From: Eledone cirrhosa
Lineage: Eukaryota
Length of the DNA stretch: 64,000 nt
Assembly: GCA_964016885.1 (NCBI GenBank)
Contig: OZ024741.1
Location: 165,354,001-165,418,000, forward strand
Direction: 5' to 3'
This document shows positions 12,417 to 25,736 of the stretch, piece after piece. How positions within the stretch are numbered: position 1 is the stretch's first letter; each line of letters begins with the position of its first letter. The position numbers and the translations under genes are program-made. The notes beneath the pieces are model-generated. The model was not told where the DNA came from. It made no database searches and saw only the letters and a program-made list of their open reading frames with translations.

Positions 12417-13089
12417 TATGTCATATATGCATGTCATATATGCATGTCATATATGTATGTACATAGAGTATATATACAAACGTGTATGTATGTATGAGTG
12501 AATGTATATGTGTGTGTATAAGCATACCTGAGTATGTGTGAATGGAAGGTTAAGAAGTTTGTTTTATAATCACAAGGTCCAGGATTCAATCACTCTGCAT
12601 GGTTTCGTGGGCAAGTGACTTTTACCATAACTTCAGATCAACCCATGGCTTGTGAGTGATATAGAGTATACAGAAACTGTGTGGAAGCCCATTAGATGAA
12701 CTGTAACTGTAATTCAAAGGTTCAGCTTTGTCACACACTGTAACATACTGATCCAGGCTGAGAATTACCTTTCATACTCTATATACTGCCAGATACAGTC
12801 CTATACGAGCGAGACACGGTCACCCGATCAATCTTGCCTCAAGTAGGACAATTCCTCGTCTAACCCATGCTGGCGTGGAAGATAGATGTTAACCAATGAT
12901 GATGATGATATACTATTAAGGGCAGTGAATTAGCAGAATAATTAGAGTGTTGGATAAAATGCTTTACAACATTTCATTGCTTTGAGTTCTTTACATTCTG
13001 AGTTCAAATCCTATTGAAATCAACACTGCCTTTTATACTTCCAGGGTTGATAAAGTAACAGTCATGTGCTGGGGGAAAGACTCCAAGTA

Positions 13090-13284
13090 ACAGATCTGTC
13101 AACTCTCCCTGTATGATGGGGAGATTTGCAATAGCCTTTGGGGTGGGTGAGAGTCTTCTCTTGTGAAAATGGGTATAGCTTTCATAATGTAAAAATCTCC
13201 CCATTTTGCCTCATTTCTCTCCTTTTAGGGGCACTTTCTTCCACAGTACTCCCCCGTTAGGGTTTTTAGAGGTTGACAGGTCTG
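13090..13284. mobile_element. MITE; inverted homologue at ~56056-56246
   Basis: Termini CAGATCTGTCAACTCT / AGAGGTTGACAGGTCTG. Internal GTCTTCTCTTGTGAAAATGGGTATAGCTTT is shared with the 56 kb copy. Confidence 0.7.
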
Positions 13285-13869
13285 AGGTGATCAATGTTCC
13301 GCCTCTCCACAAGCTGTTGGCAATGTACTTAAATTAGAAACCAGTATTATACAAAATCCTTTATATTTTATTTTATAAAAAATTCTGTATATTTCATAAT
13401 ACTATTTAAGTCCTTTTATATTCTATATTACATTGAAATCCTTACATTTTATAAATTTATATAAAATCCCTCGCATTCTATATTATATGAAGTCACATTC
13501 TAAAATATATATTATAAATATTATGAAGTCTTACAGTCTATAACATTGAGAGTTACGTCCCTTCACTTAATAAACTATGCTTTATTTCACTTCATTTGGC
13601 AGTGTATGTATGTTAGTGCAGCACATATGTGAGCCAGGGTGTGTGTGTGTGTGTGTGTATGCACTATTATACTGTAACAGTGTAACCTGTTCTATAGCAT
13701 GCCTGGCTCTGTTATGTTGCAATCCATCAGACTGGATCAAGAGAAAGCTTCTTTTCCAGTGGCAATATATATTGTATATATTTTATATAAACATATATTA
13801 CAATACAATTCTGTTTTACCAATACAGATTACATATTAAGCAGCAATATGATTATTCAGATTATATATA

Positions 13870-15337
13870 CAGCAACACTATTGTACAGATTACATATAAT
13901 AACATTATTGTATACAATAGCAATGATATTGTACAGATTAAATAGTCTAATAATACTATTGTACAGATTATATAGTCTAGCAATACTATTGTACAGATTA
14001 TATAGTCTAACAATACTATTATACAGATTATATATATAGTCTAGCAATACTATTATACAGATTATATATATAGTCTAGCAATACTATTGTACAGATTATA
14101 TATATATAGTCTAGCAATACTATTGTACAGATTATATATATAGTCTAGCAATACTATTGTACAGATTATATATATAGTCTAGAAATACTATTGTACAGAT
14201 TATATATATAGTCTAGCAATACTATTGTACAGATTATATATATAGTCTAGCAATACTATTGTACAGATTATATATATAGTCTAGAAATACTATTGTACAG
14301 ATTATATATATAGTCTAGCAATACTATTGTACAGATTATATATATAGTCTAGCAATACTATTGTACAGATTATATATATAGTCTAGCAATACTATTGTAC
14401 AGATTATATAGTCTAGCAATACTATTATACAGATTATATATATAGTCTAGCAATACTATTGTACAGATTATATATATAGTCTAGCAATACTATTATACAG
14501 ATTATATATATAGTCTAGCAATACTATTGTACAGATTATATAGTCTAGCAATACTATTATACAGATTATATATATAGTCTAGCAATACTATTGTACAGAT
14601 TATATAGTCTAGCAATACTATTGTACAGATTATATATATAGTCTAGCAATACTATTGTACAGATTATATATATAGTCTAGCAATACTATTATACAGATTA
14701 TATATATAGTCTAGCAATACTATTGTACAGATTATATAGTCTAGCAATACTATTGTACAGATTATATATATAGTCTAGCAATACTATTGTACAGATTATA
14801 TATATAGTCTAGCAATACTATTGTACAGATTATATATATAGTCTAGCAATACTATTATACAGATTATATATATAGTCTAGCAATACTATTATACAGATTA
14901 TATATATAGTCTAGCAATACTATTGTACAGATTATATATATAGTCTAGCAATACTATTGTACAGATTATATATATAGTCTAGCAATACTATTATACAGAT
15001 TATATATATAGTCTAGCAATACTATTGTACAGATTATATATATAGTCTAGCAATACTATTATACAGATTATATATATAGTCTAGCAATACTATTATACAG
15101 ATTATATATATAGTCTAGCAATACTATTATACAGATTATATATATAGTCTAGCAATACTATTGTACAGATTATATATATAGTCTAGCAATACTATTATAC
15201 AGATTATATATATAGTCTAGAAATACTATTATACAGATTATATATATAGTCTAGAAATACTATTATACAGATTATATATATAGTCTAGCAATACTATTAT
15301 ACAGATTATATATATAGTCTAGAAATACTATTGTACA
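13870..15337. repeat. ~34-bp minisatellite (TAGTCTAGCAATACTATTRTACAGATTATATATA), ~43 copies
   Basis: Unit length 30-36 bp depending on the internal (TA)n. Confidence 0.95.
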
Positions 15338-15494
15338 ATGCATAGATCATATTTTCACTAGAAAGTCTACAAAATAATGTTCATTAAATAACATAACATC
15401 AGTGAAATATTTAAAGTATAGGGAACAATTCTAAGAAGACTACTATACAGAGATACAACATATGCTACATACAGCTCTGTGTGTGTGTGTGTGC

Positions 15495-15610
<116 letters not shown>

Positions 15611-15937
15611 ATATATATATAAAATTATCATTCAACATCTTTCTATGGTGCAATGGGTTGGATTGTCATATAATATATATATATATGCTAGCATGGAAGA
15701 ATGAATGTAAAACACTGGTGATGATGATGATTATGAATATATATATATATATATATATGCATGTGTGTGTGTATATATATATATATATTATACACACAAA
15801 GGCATGTGTGCATGTATGTATAACATTTACATACCTGTTTATAAAATGGATACATACACAAATAAATGCATGGGAACATAAATATGGGTGTGAAAACAAC
15901 ATTTATACATTGACAAATACACACGGACGTAAAATGA

Positions 15938-15995
<58 letters not shown>

Positions 15996-16062
15996 CAGGA
16001 AAGAAGAGTGACACGGTTTGCTATACAAAAAAGTGGACTACATATAACAATAATTTGTTACC

Positions 16063-16106
<44 letters not shown>

Positions 16107-16415
16107 GTTGAACATATACACACAACACTATATATAAATGTTTTTAACTGGATCTTCTGTTTTGGCAATGAGTATTCCAGTTGTTCGATCAAATGTACTA
16201 CCTACACATTGAATTATGTATGGGGCTGAGAGTTTCATACATACGTGTACCCTTTGCATAATCTTCTTCTAGAATCAATGTGACACAGGGTGGCATAAGG
16301 ATGATATTTTAAATTAGAGATACAGCCCACCTGATGGACTTCCACACAGTTTCCATCTACCCAATAGCACTAAGACATTTGTATGGACCTGTAACTCCCG
16401 ATGTAGTAGTAAGAC

Positions 16416-16582
16416 CAGTGCCAGATTTACCATTGTGCTTAGGTGTGCTTAAGCACAAGGCCCCATTGGCTAGGAGGGCCCATCTTCCTGTGTAGGCCTA
16501 GCAGGCCTACCTCCTTCAGAGCCCAAGTAAGGAGCCTCATAACAACTAACACAGGGCCTTATTTGTCTTAAATCCAGCACTG
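16416..16582. mobile_element. hAT-type MITE, same family as 30696-30873
   Basis: Same TIRs and internal GTGCTTAGGTGTGCTTAAGC; TSD degraded. Confidence 0.82.
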
Positions 16583-16999
16583 GTGAAACCCATCACTTCT
16601 CCGTGTCTGAACATATCTGATTTCTTCCACAGAAGGAGAGAGAGAAAGAGAGAGGAAGAGAGAAAGTGACATTAATGAAGAATGAACCCCAATACTGGAC
16701 TGGTACTTTTTTTTTATCAACCACAAAAGAATGAAAGGCTGTCCATGGCAAGTTTTGATCTCAGCATAGAGAGCCAGAATGAATACTGTAAATCATTTTA
16801 GCCAACACTCTAACAACTCTGCCAATGTGTCACCTTATGAGACAGTTACCTTAGATCATACCCAGGGAATTATGATTGTGAAACATACTTCTTAATAACT
16901 TTATCCTGCATATACACATATTTGTGTACATTGACTCCTACACATAGAGAAACACATTTGCATACATACCCACACACATACAAACAGACAGACACAAGA

Positions 17000-17300
17000 G
17001 AACCAAAGAAGGAGCTTGTATGTAATAGATTGGCAATGAAATCTCCCTCAAATCACACTGCTAATGCATGAAGAAAGGAAGGTCACATTAGATAATGTAG
17101 CCCTAGATACATTATGTCTGAATAAAGATGACATTAAACCAAAGAAGGAGCTTCTGTGTAGTAGATTGGCCTGTTAGAAATGGCAACGAAATCTCCCTCA
17201 AGTCTCACTGCTAATGCATGAAGAAAGGAAGGTCACATTAGATAATGTAGGTCTAGATACATTATGTCTGAATAAAGATGACATTGAACCAAAGGAGGAG
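17000..17300. repeat. Local ~140-bp tandem duplication
   Basis: AACCAAAGAAGGAGCTT...GTCTGAATAAAGATGACATT occurs twice, plus the start of a third copy. Confidence 0.85.
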
Positions 17301-17752
17301 GACTCTGTCCCAACAACCCTCTCAGGAATAAGTGGGTGAAGAGGGAGGAAGATATACACATACATATTTGTATAGATAGAAATTAGCTTTCCTTTCAGAC
17401 ATGTCTAACCCATGCAGCATGGAAGATAGACGTTAAACGATGATGATGATGATGATGCCTGACAACAAATTATTTTTAAACAATTGTCAGTGAGAATTTT
17501 CAAATTCATGGATTTGATGTAATTCATGGTGGAAGAACAAACAACAATGTTAATACTACATTTTGACAGCAAATTTGCAGAGTCATTAGGTTGCCAGATT
17601 AAACATGCCTTGGTAATAGTTCTAGCTCACTACGCTCTGAGTTCAAATCCCACCGAGATCAACTTTGCCTTTCATCATTTTGAAATCTATAAATAAAGTA
17701 CTAGTCCAATGCTAGAATCAATCCTCTCTCTCTCTGGAAGACATCCCTCTAT

Positions 17753-17793
<41 letters not shown>

Positions 17794-18234
17794 AAGACAT
17801 CCCCCTATGTTCTCTCTCACTCTCTGGAAGACATCTCACTATGTTCTAACCTAGAGAAGGTCAGGCTCTATCAAGTTTTAAATGTGAAATGTGTCAGGAT
17901 GGATCCCCTACAACTCCATTAGGAGTTAAGAGCCCTGTCCATATTTTTTAAAAGCTTAATATTACATTGACAGGAGAAAATACATAAACTTGAAACAGTA
18001 GAAGATAAATTGTTAAAAGTAGGTTGGCATTATGTTTTTAATACCATGTACATATTTAGCTAGGTAAACGGAGACAGAATACGAAACATTCTCAAGTTGG
18101 TGAAGTGGATTTAGAACTAAAACAACGTAGAACTGTAAGTAGTGTACACATTAGATTTAGGAAACAGATTAAGGAACCAGAAATGGTCAATGGATAATGA
18201 TAATGGTGATGGGATTGCATGCAGTGGTTCTTAC

Positions 18235-18249
18235 CTTGATGGAGGACAT
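18235..18249 (-). CDS. Candidate 15-nt alternative CASK microexon (MSSIK in phase 0)
   Basis: ttttcattattcctag|ATGTCCTCCATCAAG|gtaaga. Long AG-free pyrimidine tract upstream; TGCATG and a YCAY cluster just downstream. No homology support. Confidence 0.55.
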
Positions 18250-19358
18250 CTAGGAATAATGAAAATACGATGGTATGAGATGAGAGTAAACAAATATAGG
18301 AAAGCACATATAAAAATTTAAGCATATTCAATTTTACATGTTTCAAAATATACAAAAAATCAGAAGTATATAACCATTTGGTACAAACCCAGCCAAAACC
18401 TGCTCTGGATCTATGAAACCTAATCAATTATTTTTAAAGATTCATATATATTTTATAATTCTCCAATGTAATTTTATATGAGAATCATATGATAAGTTGT
18501 TATCTTAGTAATGAAATAATTAATCATGTTAGTAAATCCCTTAAACTTCATCATCTACCCTTTTCATATAAACCTGGCCAAAACCAGCTCTGGTTCTATG
18601 AAACAAAACTCCACATTTTAAATGGTTTCTATATACATTAAATTCTTTCAACATAACTTTACATAAAATAATTGTTTAGTTAAACTTCTTAGTAATAAAA
18701 TAAATAATTTTAGTAAATTTGGTTCTAGTTCTATAAAACAAAACCACTAATTTTAAAAGGTTTCTTTTTAAATTAAAATCTTCCAACATAATTTTATATA
18801 AGAACCATAAGTTAATATCATAGTAATGAAATGGTTAAGAAGTTTAGTAAATCCACAAAGATTTTCATGAATTAATTGAAATAGAGTGTATTTCATTTGA
18901 AAAAAAAACACCATGAAAGGGTTAAATATATATTTACTAGTCAAATTAAAGCATACACAATGAACAAGTTCATAATAATACATGATTTGAGTACTGTAAA
19001 TATACATTCATTCAGAGTTGATGGTTTACTCTGTTGCTTCCTCCATACAGGCAATAAAAATAACAATCACACATGGTCAATAGGAACAGGAAAAACATCA
19101 ACTTCAAATGAATAAATTCTACTACATTGAGAAAGATAAATATATATATATATGAGTCTTGGGTCAATCGGGGGTAACCACGGTAAGGTACTCAATACAT
19201 TAGTAGAGTATATACAGAATTTAATATAGAAATGGCTTCTACAGGACTAAAACTGTTTTATTCGAATGAAATCATCAGAGCTTTCCAGATGATTTCCTTC
19301 GATTGAAACAGTTCTAGTCCTCTAGAAGCCATTTCTATATTAAATTTAAATACACATA

Positions 19359-19427
<69 letters not shown>

Positions 19428-19548
19428 TTATATTAAATTTAATATTATATATTAAATTTAAATACATATATACATACATATATATATATATATTGATTTA
19501 AAACTGCACTATCCACAAGTGTTTTTTAACCTTCATATCATGTCCTCC

Positions 19549-19619
19549 TATTTTATCTGATGAAAACACAAATGTTATTGCATGATGATATTTGTTTTTG
19601 AAATGCGCATAATAAAATA
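19549..19619 (+). ncRNA. Type I minimal hammerhead motif (family A, second copy), intact core
   Basis: TATTTTAT-CTGATGA(19557-19563)-stem II-GAAA(19600-19603)-TGCGCA-TA-ATAAAATA; 8-bp stem I. Confidence 0.82.
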
Positions 19620-19742
19620 CATAGAACTCATTTAACCATCTTTTGATCTCATATATTATGTATACTCCAGTCCTACAAACTGTAGAGTGCTTCTTATCCG
19701 ATATCTGCATTGCTTTATTGTACTACAATAAAACTCACCTCC

Positions 19743-19783
<41 letters not shown>

Positions 19784-19784
19784 C

Positions 19785-19821
<37 letters not shown>

Positions 19822-19934
19822 ATATATTATATATATTATACATATATATATATATATATTATACATATATATTATATATTATACATATATATATATATAT
19901 TATACATATATATATATATAATACATATATATAT

Positions 19935-19979
<45 letters not shown>

Positions 19980-20003
19980 CATATATATATATATATATAT
20001 ATT

Positions 20004-20054
<51 letters not shown>

Positions 20055-20145
20055 AAAGTTTTATTTAAAATTGTTGGGTTACAACAAGTAAATATTTTAT
20101 AACTGATATAAAGCACTCGTATATATATATATATTATACATATAA

Positions 20146-20321
20146 ACCGTTACTGTATAGAGAACAATATCTACAGGTTAGCAATTAAATAGAAAAAAAC
20201 CGATTCAGAATCAAATCTCTGGATTAGAGTTTTAAAACTTTAATCCAGAGATTTGATTCTGAATCGGTTTTTTTCTATTTAATTGCTAACCTGTAGATAT
20301 TGTTCTCTATACAGTAACGGT
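20146..20321. repeat. Spacer-less palindrome, 88-bp arms
   Basis: Centre GTTTT|AAAAC at 20233/20234; single mismatch seen at 20227/20240. Confidence 0.92.
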
Positions 20322-20496
20322 AAAAACACTCGTAATAATTCTTTACACACATCTCACTGTGTAACACACTTCTCTTTGCGTAATATATACTTGCATTTGA
20401 GCTCAGAAGGAAATTCTCTATTTCTTTTTTGAGCTAATACTATTATTATTATTACAGTGAACTGCGGAATACTCTTAATTCCGATCTTTGTATATT

Positions 20497-20631
<135 letters not shown>

Positions 20632-20764
20632 CAAAATGTTAACAAATGAAAAATATTCGCATAATCAAAATATATGATTTGATATATGACATACCATTTG
20701 ATATATGACTGCCAATACTGGAATTGAATAATCAAGACCGTAGTGGTATGTCATATATCAAATC

Positions 20765-20836
20765 ATATATTTTGTCTGATGAGGATGTACTGAATAAACA
20801 ACACAGTACCTTTGAAATATATATAATAAAGTATAT
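20765..20836 (+). ncRNA. Type I minimal hammerhead motif (family B), intact core
   Basis: ATATATTTTGT-CTGATGA(20776-20782)-GGATGTACTG/CAGTACCTTT stem II-GAAA(20814-20817)-TATATA-TA-ATAAAGTATAT; 11-bp stem I with two G-U pairs. Confidence 0.8.
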
Positions 20837-21598
20837 ATTTTTATTATGCATATATTTTTCATTTGTTAACATTTTGAATATTAAAAACTCCAGGAAACCT
20901 TTTTTACTAGTTGAGTGCTTCTAATCTATTGTAAAATTGTATTTGTTGAGTAATCAATGAACCATACTAATCTTTGGTTATATATATATATATACATACA
21001 TATATATATATTTTTTAATGTATAGGAAAAACAACACCAGCACTAGAAATGTTGTCATCCGTGTTGCTAAGTTGAAAAAGTCCTCTCTACTCTGTATTGT
21101 TTCCGTTTGGTTACCAAAAGTGGTTACTTTGCTCTTGCCCTATATATCATCATCATCATCATCATCAACGTTTAACGTCCGTGTTCCACGCTTGCATGGG
21201 TTTGGACGGGGGTAGTCCCACTTGAGGCAAGAGTGATTGTCTTGCTCGCATAGGACTGTCTGGCAGGTTTTCTACAGTTGGATGCCCTTCCTAACACCAA
21301 CCACATTTACAGTGTGGGTCTGGGAGGTTTTTACCGTGTTGCCTACACGGCCACATTACAGCGTGGACTGTGTGTTTTTTTTGTCGTGACACCTACACGA
21401 TCTCATTTGTTTCGGCCCGGATGGCGCGACACCAACATAACTTTACATAGGACGGGGTGGTGTGGATGGGGTGGGGGTGGTGGTGGTGGGACGGGGTGTA
21501 TTTTGTTAGAGATGCCTACTGGCAAGGCGGGTCTTCTCTGTTACTGAGTACCGCCAAAGGTCTCGGTCCAGTGACATTGTCTTGGAGAGGTGTAAGTG

Positions 21599-21637
<39 letters not shown>

Positions 21638-21646
<9 letters not shown>

Positions 21647-21901
21647 AAAAAAAGATGAAATCGAAAATGCAACTGGAGTCTTATTTTTTTTTAAATATAT
21701 ATATTTATTTGGTTCCTTTACCGGTTTCGCAGTTCTTCTGCTTTTCAAAAGATGTGAGAAAAACCACAGACCCTCCATCTCAACTCTACTTTTGAAAAGC
21801 AGAAGAACTGTGAAACCGGTAAAGGAACCAAATAAATATATATATTTTTTTTTAAATAAGACTCCAGTTGCATTTTCGATTTCATCTTTTTTTCTTTATA
21901 T
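21638..21901. repeat. Fold-back element, ~113-bp arms, with variant hammerhead-like core
   Basis: Arms 21638-21751 and 21789-21901. TTGAAAA-GCAG/CTGY-GAAA-CCGG-TA is present in both arms. Confidence 0.85.
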
Positions 21902-23377
21902 TTTCACTGGTGTAGGAGACCTCGGTTATTTTTCATTTTGTAAAAAAACCTCACTTTCTACTATATATTTGCCAGGGAACGTTTCCACGAACCAAAGTAT
22001 CATCTTCCTGTCTTCCTCCGGTTGCAACGTTTTTTGAAATATTCACTTCTGCGTTCACAGATTGAATTTGTTAGTTTCAGAAGATCCCGTTAAGGGTGAA
22101 AGCAGCAATTTTTTACTTAAACTTTAATCTATTATTTTAATAAATATTTGCTCTACGGTTCTTATATTTGATATATATTTATCCTTATCGAGCCCTCTTT
22201 GGATTTTAGTCTTCAAATTTATTATTATTACTATATATATATACATATATATATATATATGTATATATAAGTATATATATATATATGATTTATGTATATA
22301 TATATTTGCCTGTGTGTGAATGTGTATGAGTATGTGTAAATACGTATGTATATGTGTATGTGTGCATGGGCAAGTATATGTGTTTATATGTATATATATA
22401 TATATATATATGTGTATGCATGTGAGTGAGCGTATGTGTGTATATATGATGTGTAGAAGATTATTATGTATGTGTGTACTTTTGTATGTATTTGTGTAGG
22501 TGTGTATATATGTGTATGTATATGTGTTTATGTCAAAGTAAATTTTCACCCCTTAGTTTTTTTGGGGTTTTTTTGGTCTTTATTCTATCTCATTACTTAT
22601 TTCATAGCTAATTTATTTTTATTTATTTTTAATTTTTTAATTATCTTTTATTATATTTTATGACTTATTTCCCTCTCTTTCTGTCCCTCCAAATTATATC
22701 TGTTCTACCGCTTCTTAGTCCAGTTGCCTTTTATTCACAGCAGATAGCAGTAGAAATATTTTTACTGCAAGATGCGACAAACTTACCTCGTACTTTGAAA
22801 TGTTTTTGAAATCTTTCTGAAGAAATCCAATATTTAATGTATTGCTAGTGAATGGGCATAATAATAATAATATTATTATCATACAACCAGCATTATGTAG
22901 ACTTATATTGTATTGAAACATATGTTAAAGAACAAACTTTTGATAAAATTCTTCACTTTTTCTATACTTCACGCCTAGTGTTTGTTTTTCCTAAATATTT
23001 AAAAATATTATTATTCCATGATCTTCCACCTGGATACTACAATCTGACCCCTCTTATTGCACTATTACTGTAACCTACAAGGACCCTGTTGAGAAAAATA
23101 CTTTGGTAAGTAATCGTACTTGTTTTATTTTTGTTTGTACACTTATCTACACAAACAAACTTTACTTGTACATTTATTCATATATATATATGTGTCTGTG
23201 TGTGTGTGTGTAAAAATAAAAACAAAACAAATGGCACAGAACATGAAAGAAATATATTAGTTTAACGCTTGAAATAGCAGGACACTAGTCCTTCATCAGA
23301 AGATATGGTTAGAAATAGAAGATAAATAGAAAGTAAAGAGTTATATGGGGAATATATATATATATAGAGAGAGAGAT

Positions 23378-23436
<59 letters not shown>

Positions 23437-24126
23437 TATAGATAGAGAGATAGAGAGAGAGAGACAGAGACAGAGAGAGAGAGAGAGACTCACATAAACA
23501 CACACACATTATCATGAACATCCTTTTTTCCATTCATTTATACATGCTGGCATGGATTGGATGAGCCTTTTCCACCACTTGTTTCTTTCCTTAGTCATCT
23601 TCTCTGTGTGGTTGAGCATTTTGAGATCTACTCTCACCCCCTCTGCCTAGGTTTTCCTTGGCCTTTCACTATTGCAGCTTCCTTCCACTGGGAGGTCATG
23701 GCACTTTACCTAACAATCATCCTTTATACATATCATAAAGCCACAGCAGCACAGTCTTCTCTCATTCACACTACATTTGACTCCTCTTATACTCAGTTTT
23801 TCTCTCAGATCATCCATGCTTTTCTGATCATTCACTTTAATATCACACATCCATCAAAGCAATCCCACTTCATTTCTCACCAACCTTCACACATCCTCTA
23901 TGGAAGAATCCTATTTGAAAACAAACTACTAGTCAGTTGATAGCTTTGACAAATGACAGAATGTGTTCATCTGTATGTAATAATTCATTATAGAAATGAA
24001 AAGGTAAAGATTAGGAAATATGAGAATATTTCATCTTGAACTCCTTCATCTTAGTCAGAACAAAGACTGGGAGGAGCAGCATTTTCATATAAATCACTAG
24101 TAAATATTGCTGTGAGATGTCCTCAC

Positions 24127-24161
<35 letters not shown>

Positions 24162-24250
24162 TGAGTGACAGAGAGAGAGAGAGACAGTGTGTGTTTGTAA
24201 GGGCGTGATGGAGCATGAGACAATCAATGTAAGTATGACTGTGTATGTGT

Positions 24251-24306
<56 letters not shown>

Positions 24307-24670
24307 GAGAGAGTGTATATATATATATGAAAGTGTGTGTGAGAGAGAGAAGGCGAGTGTGTGTATGTTAGAAAGAGAGAGTGTGTGCGTGTGTGATAGA
24401 GAGTGTATATGAAAGTGTGTGTGAGAAAGAATGTGAGTGTGAGTTTGAGAGAGTGTGTACATGATAGTGTGTGTGGGAGAGAGAGAGGAAGAGAGAATGT
24501 GTGTGAGAAAAAGAGAAAGAGAGCATGAGAGAGTGTGTGTGTGTGTGAGAGAGATGAGGCTGTAGAATAAGAACTTTGTGTATAAAATTATGACAGTCAT
24601 ATTGATGTTAAGATGAAGTTCAGCTATTGAAATGAAAAGTTCAAATTCTCATTTAGACTTTGAAAATAAT

Positions 24671-24701
<31 letters not shown>

Positions 24702-25659
24702 AAGTTATAAACTCGAAATAGTCTTTTACAATCAAATAGCTCAAAGAAGGGAATATTTCCGAGCCGTGTAATACAAATGAATATATGAGAGGGATGAACA
24801 CCGATACAAGTATACATGTGTTCGAATTGCAAATGACCAAGTTAGCTAGGTTGAAAAAATACTAATTTAAAATAATATGGCTTGCCTGTCTCGATTTAAA
24901 ATAATAAATCAATAAAAATAACAAATATATATATATATATATATATAGGTAGCTAAAATAGAGTGAGAATAAGAAGAAAGTAAGAAGGGGGGGGGGGTTT
25001 CCTCATCAGTTGTCTACTGGTCTTTCCTCGGATATTTCCACGCTTTAAAGACAAGATATCTACCGCTTAGAGCGTTAAATAACTGGGTAAGTTATTGGGA
25101 AAACGGAGGAGGGAGGGAAGGAAAATAAAAAGGGAGAAAAGAGAAAACAGCGAAAAAAACAGGGAAAAAACCCCCCAACAAACCGAGCAATGTACGAGCA
25201 ACTTAAGGTAAGAAAATCCAAGACCACAGCGATAAGAGAACTTAAGTTCAAGAGCGTGTGGACAAGCGAAAAGACACACATCTGACCCCAACGAGTTGTA
25301 AGTGAGAAAAGGACTACTACAGGGTCAGGCGAGGGAAACAATAAGGTGGCTAGAAGAGAGAAGATGAGTGAAAGTGAGAGGGTTAAAGGGAGAGGAAAAA
25401 AGAGGGGTAAGAGTTGATAGTAACGAAATAGGTAGGTAGAAGGAGAGAGAAGACTGGTCACAGCGAAACATGATAAAATATATGGAGAATAGGATTGGCT
25501 GTGTGGTTGCTACTTAAGGTAGCTTAAAATGGAGTGAGAATAAGAAGAATGCAAGAACGGAGGAAGTTTTCCTCATCAGTTGTCTACTGGGGGTCTTGGA
25601 TATTTCCACGCTATTTAAAGCTACCTTAACTAGCAACTACACAGCCAATCCTATTCTCA

Positions 25660-25736
<77 letters not shown>

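Noticed and set aside
13870-15337. CRISPR-like appearance of the 34-bp and 23-bp (10400-10820) arrays
   Set aside because: Units are head-to-tail with no unique spacers, no cas genes are present, and the context is a eukaryotic intron.
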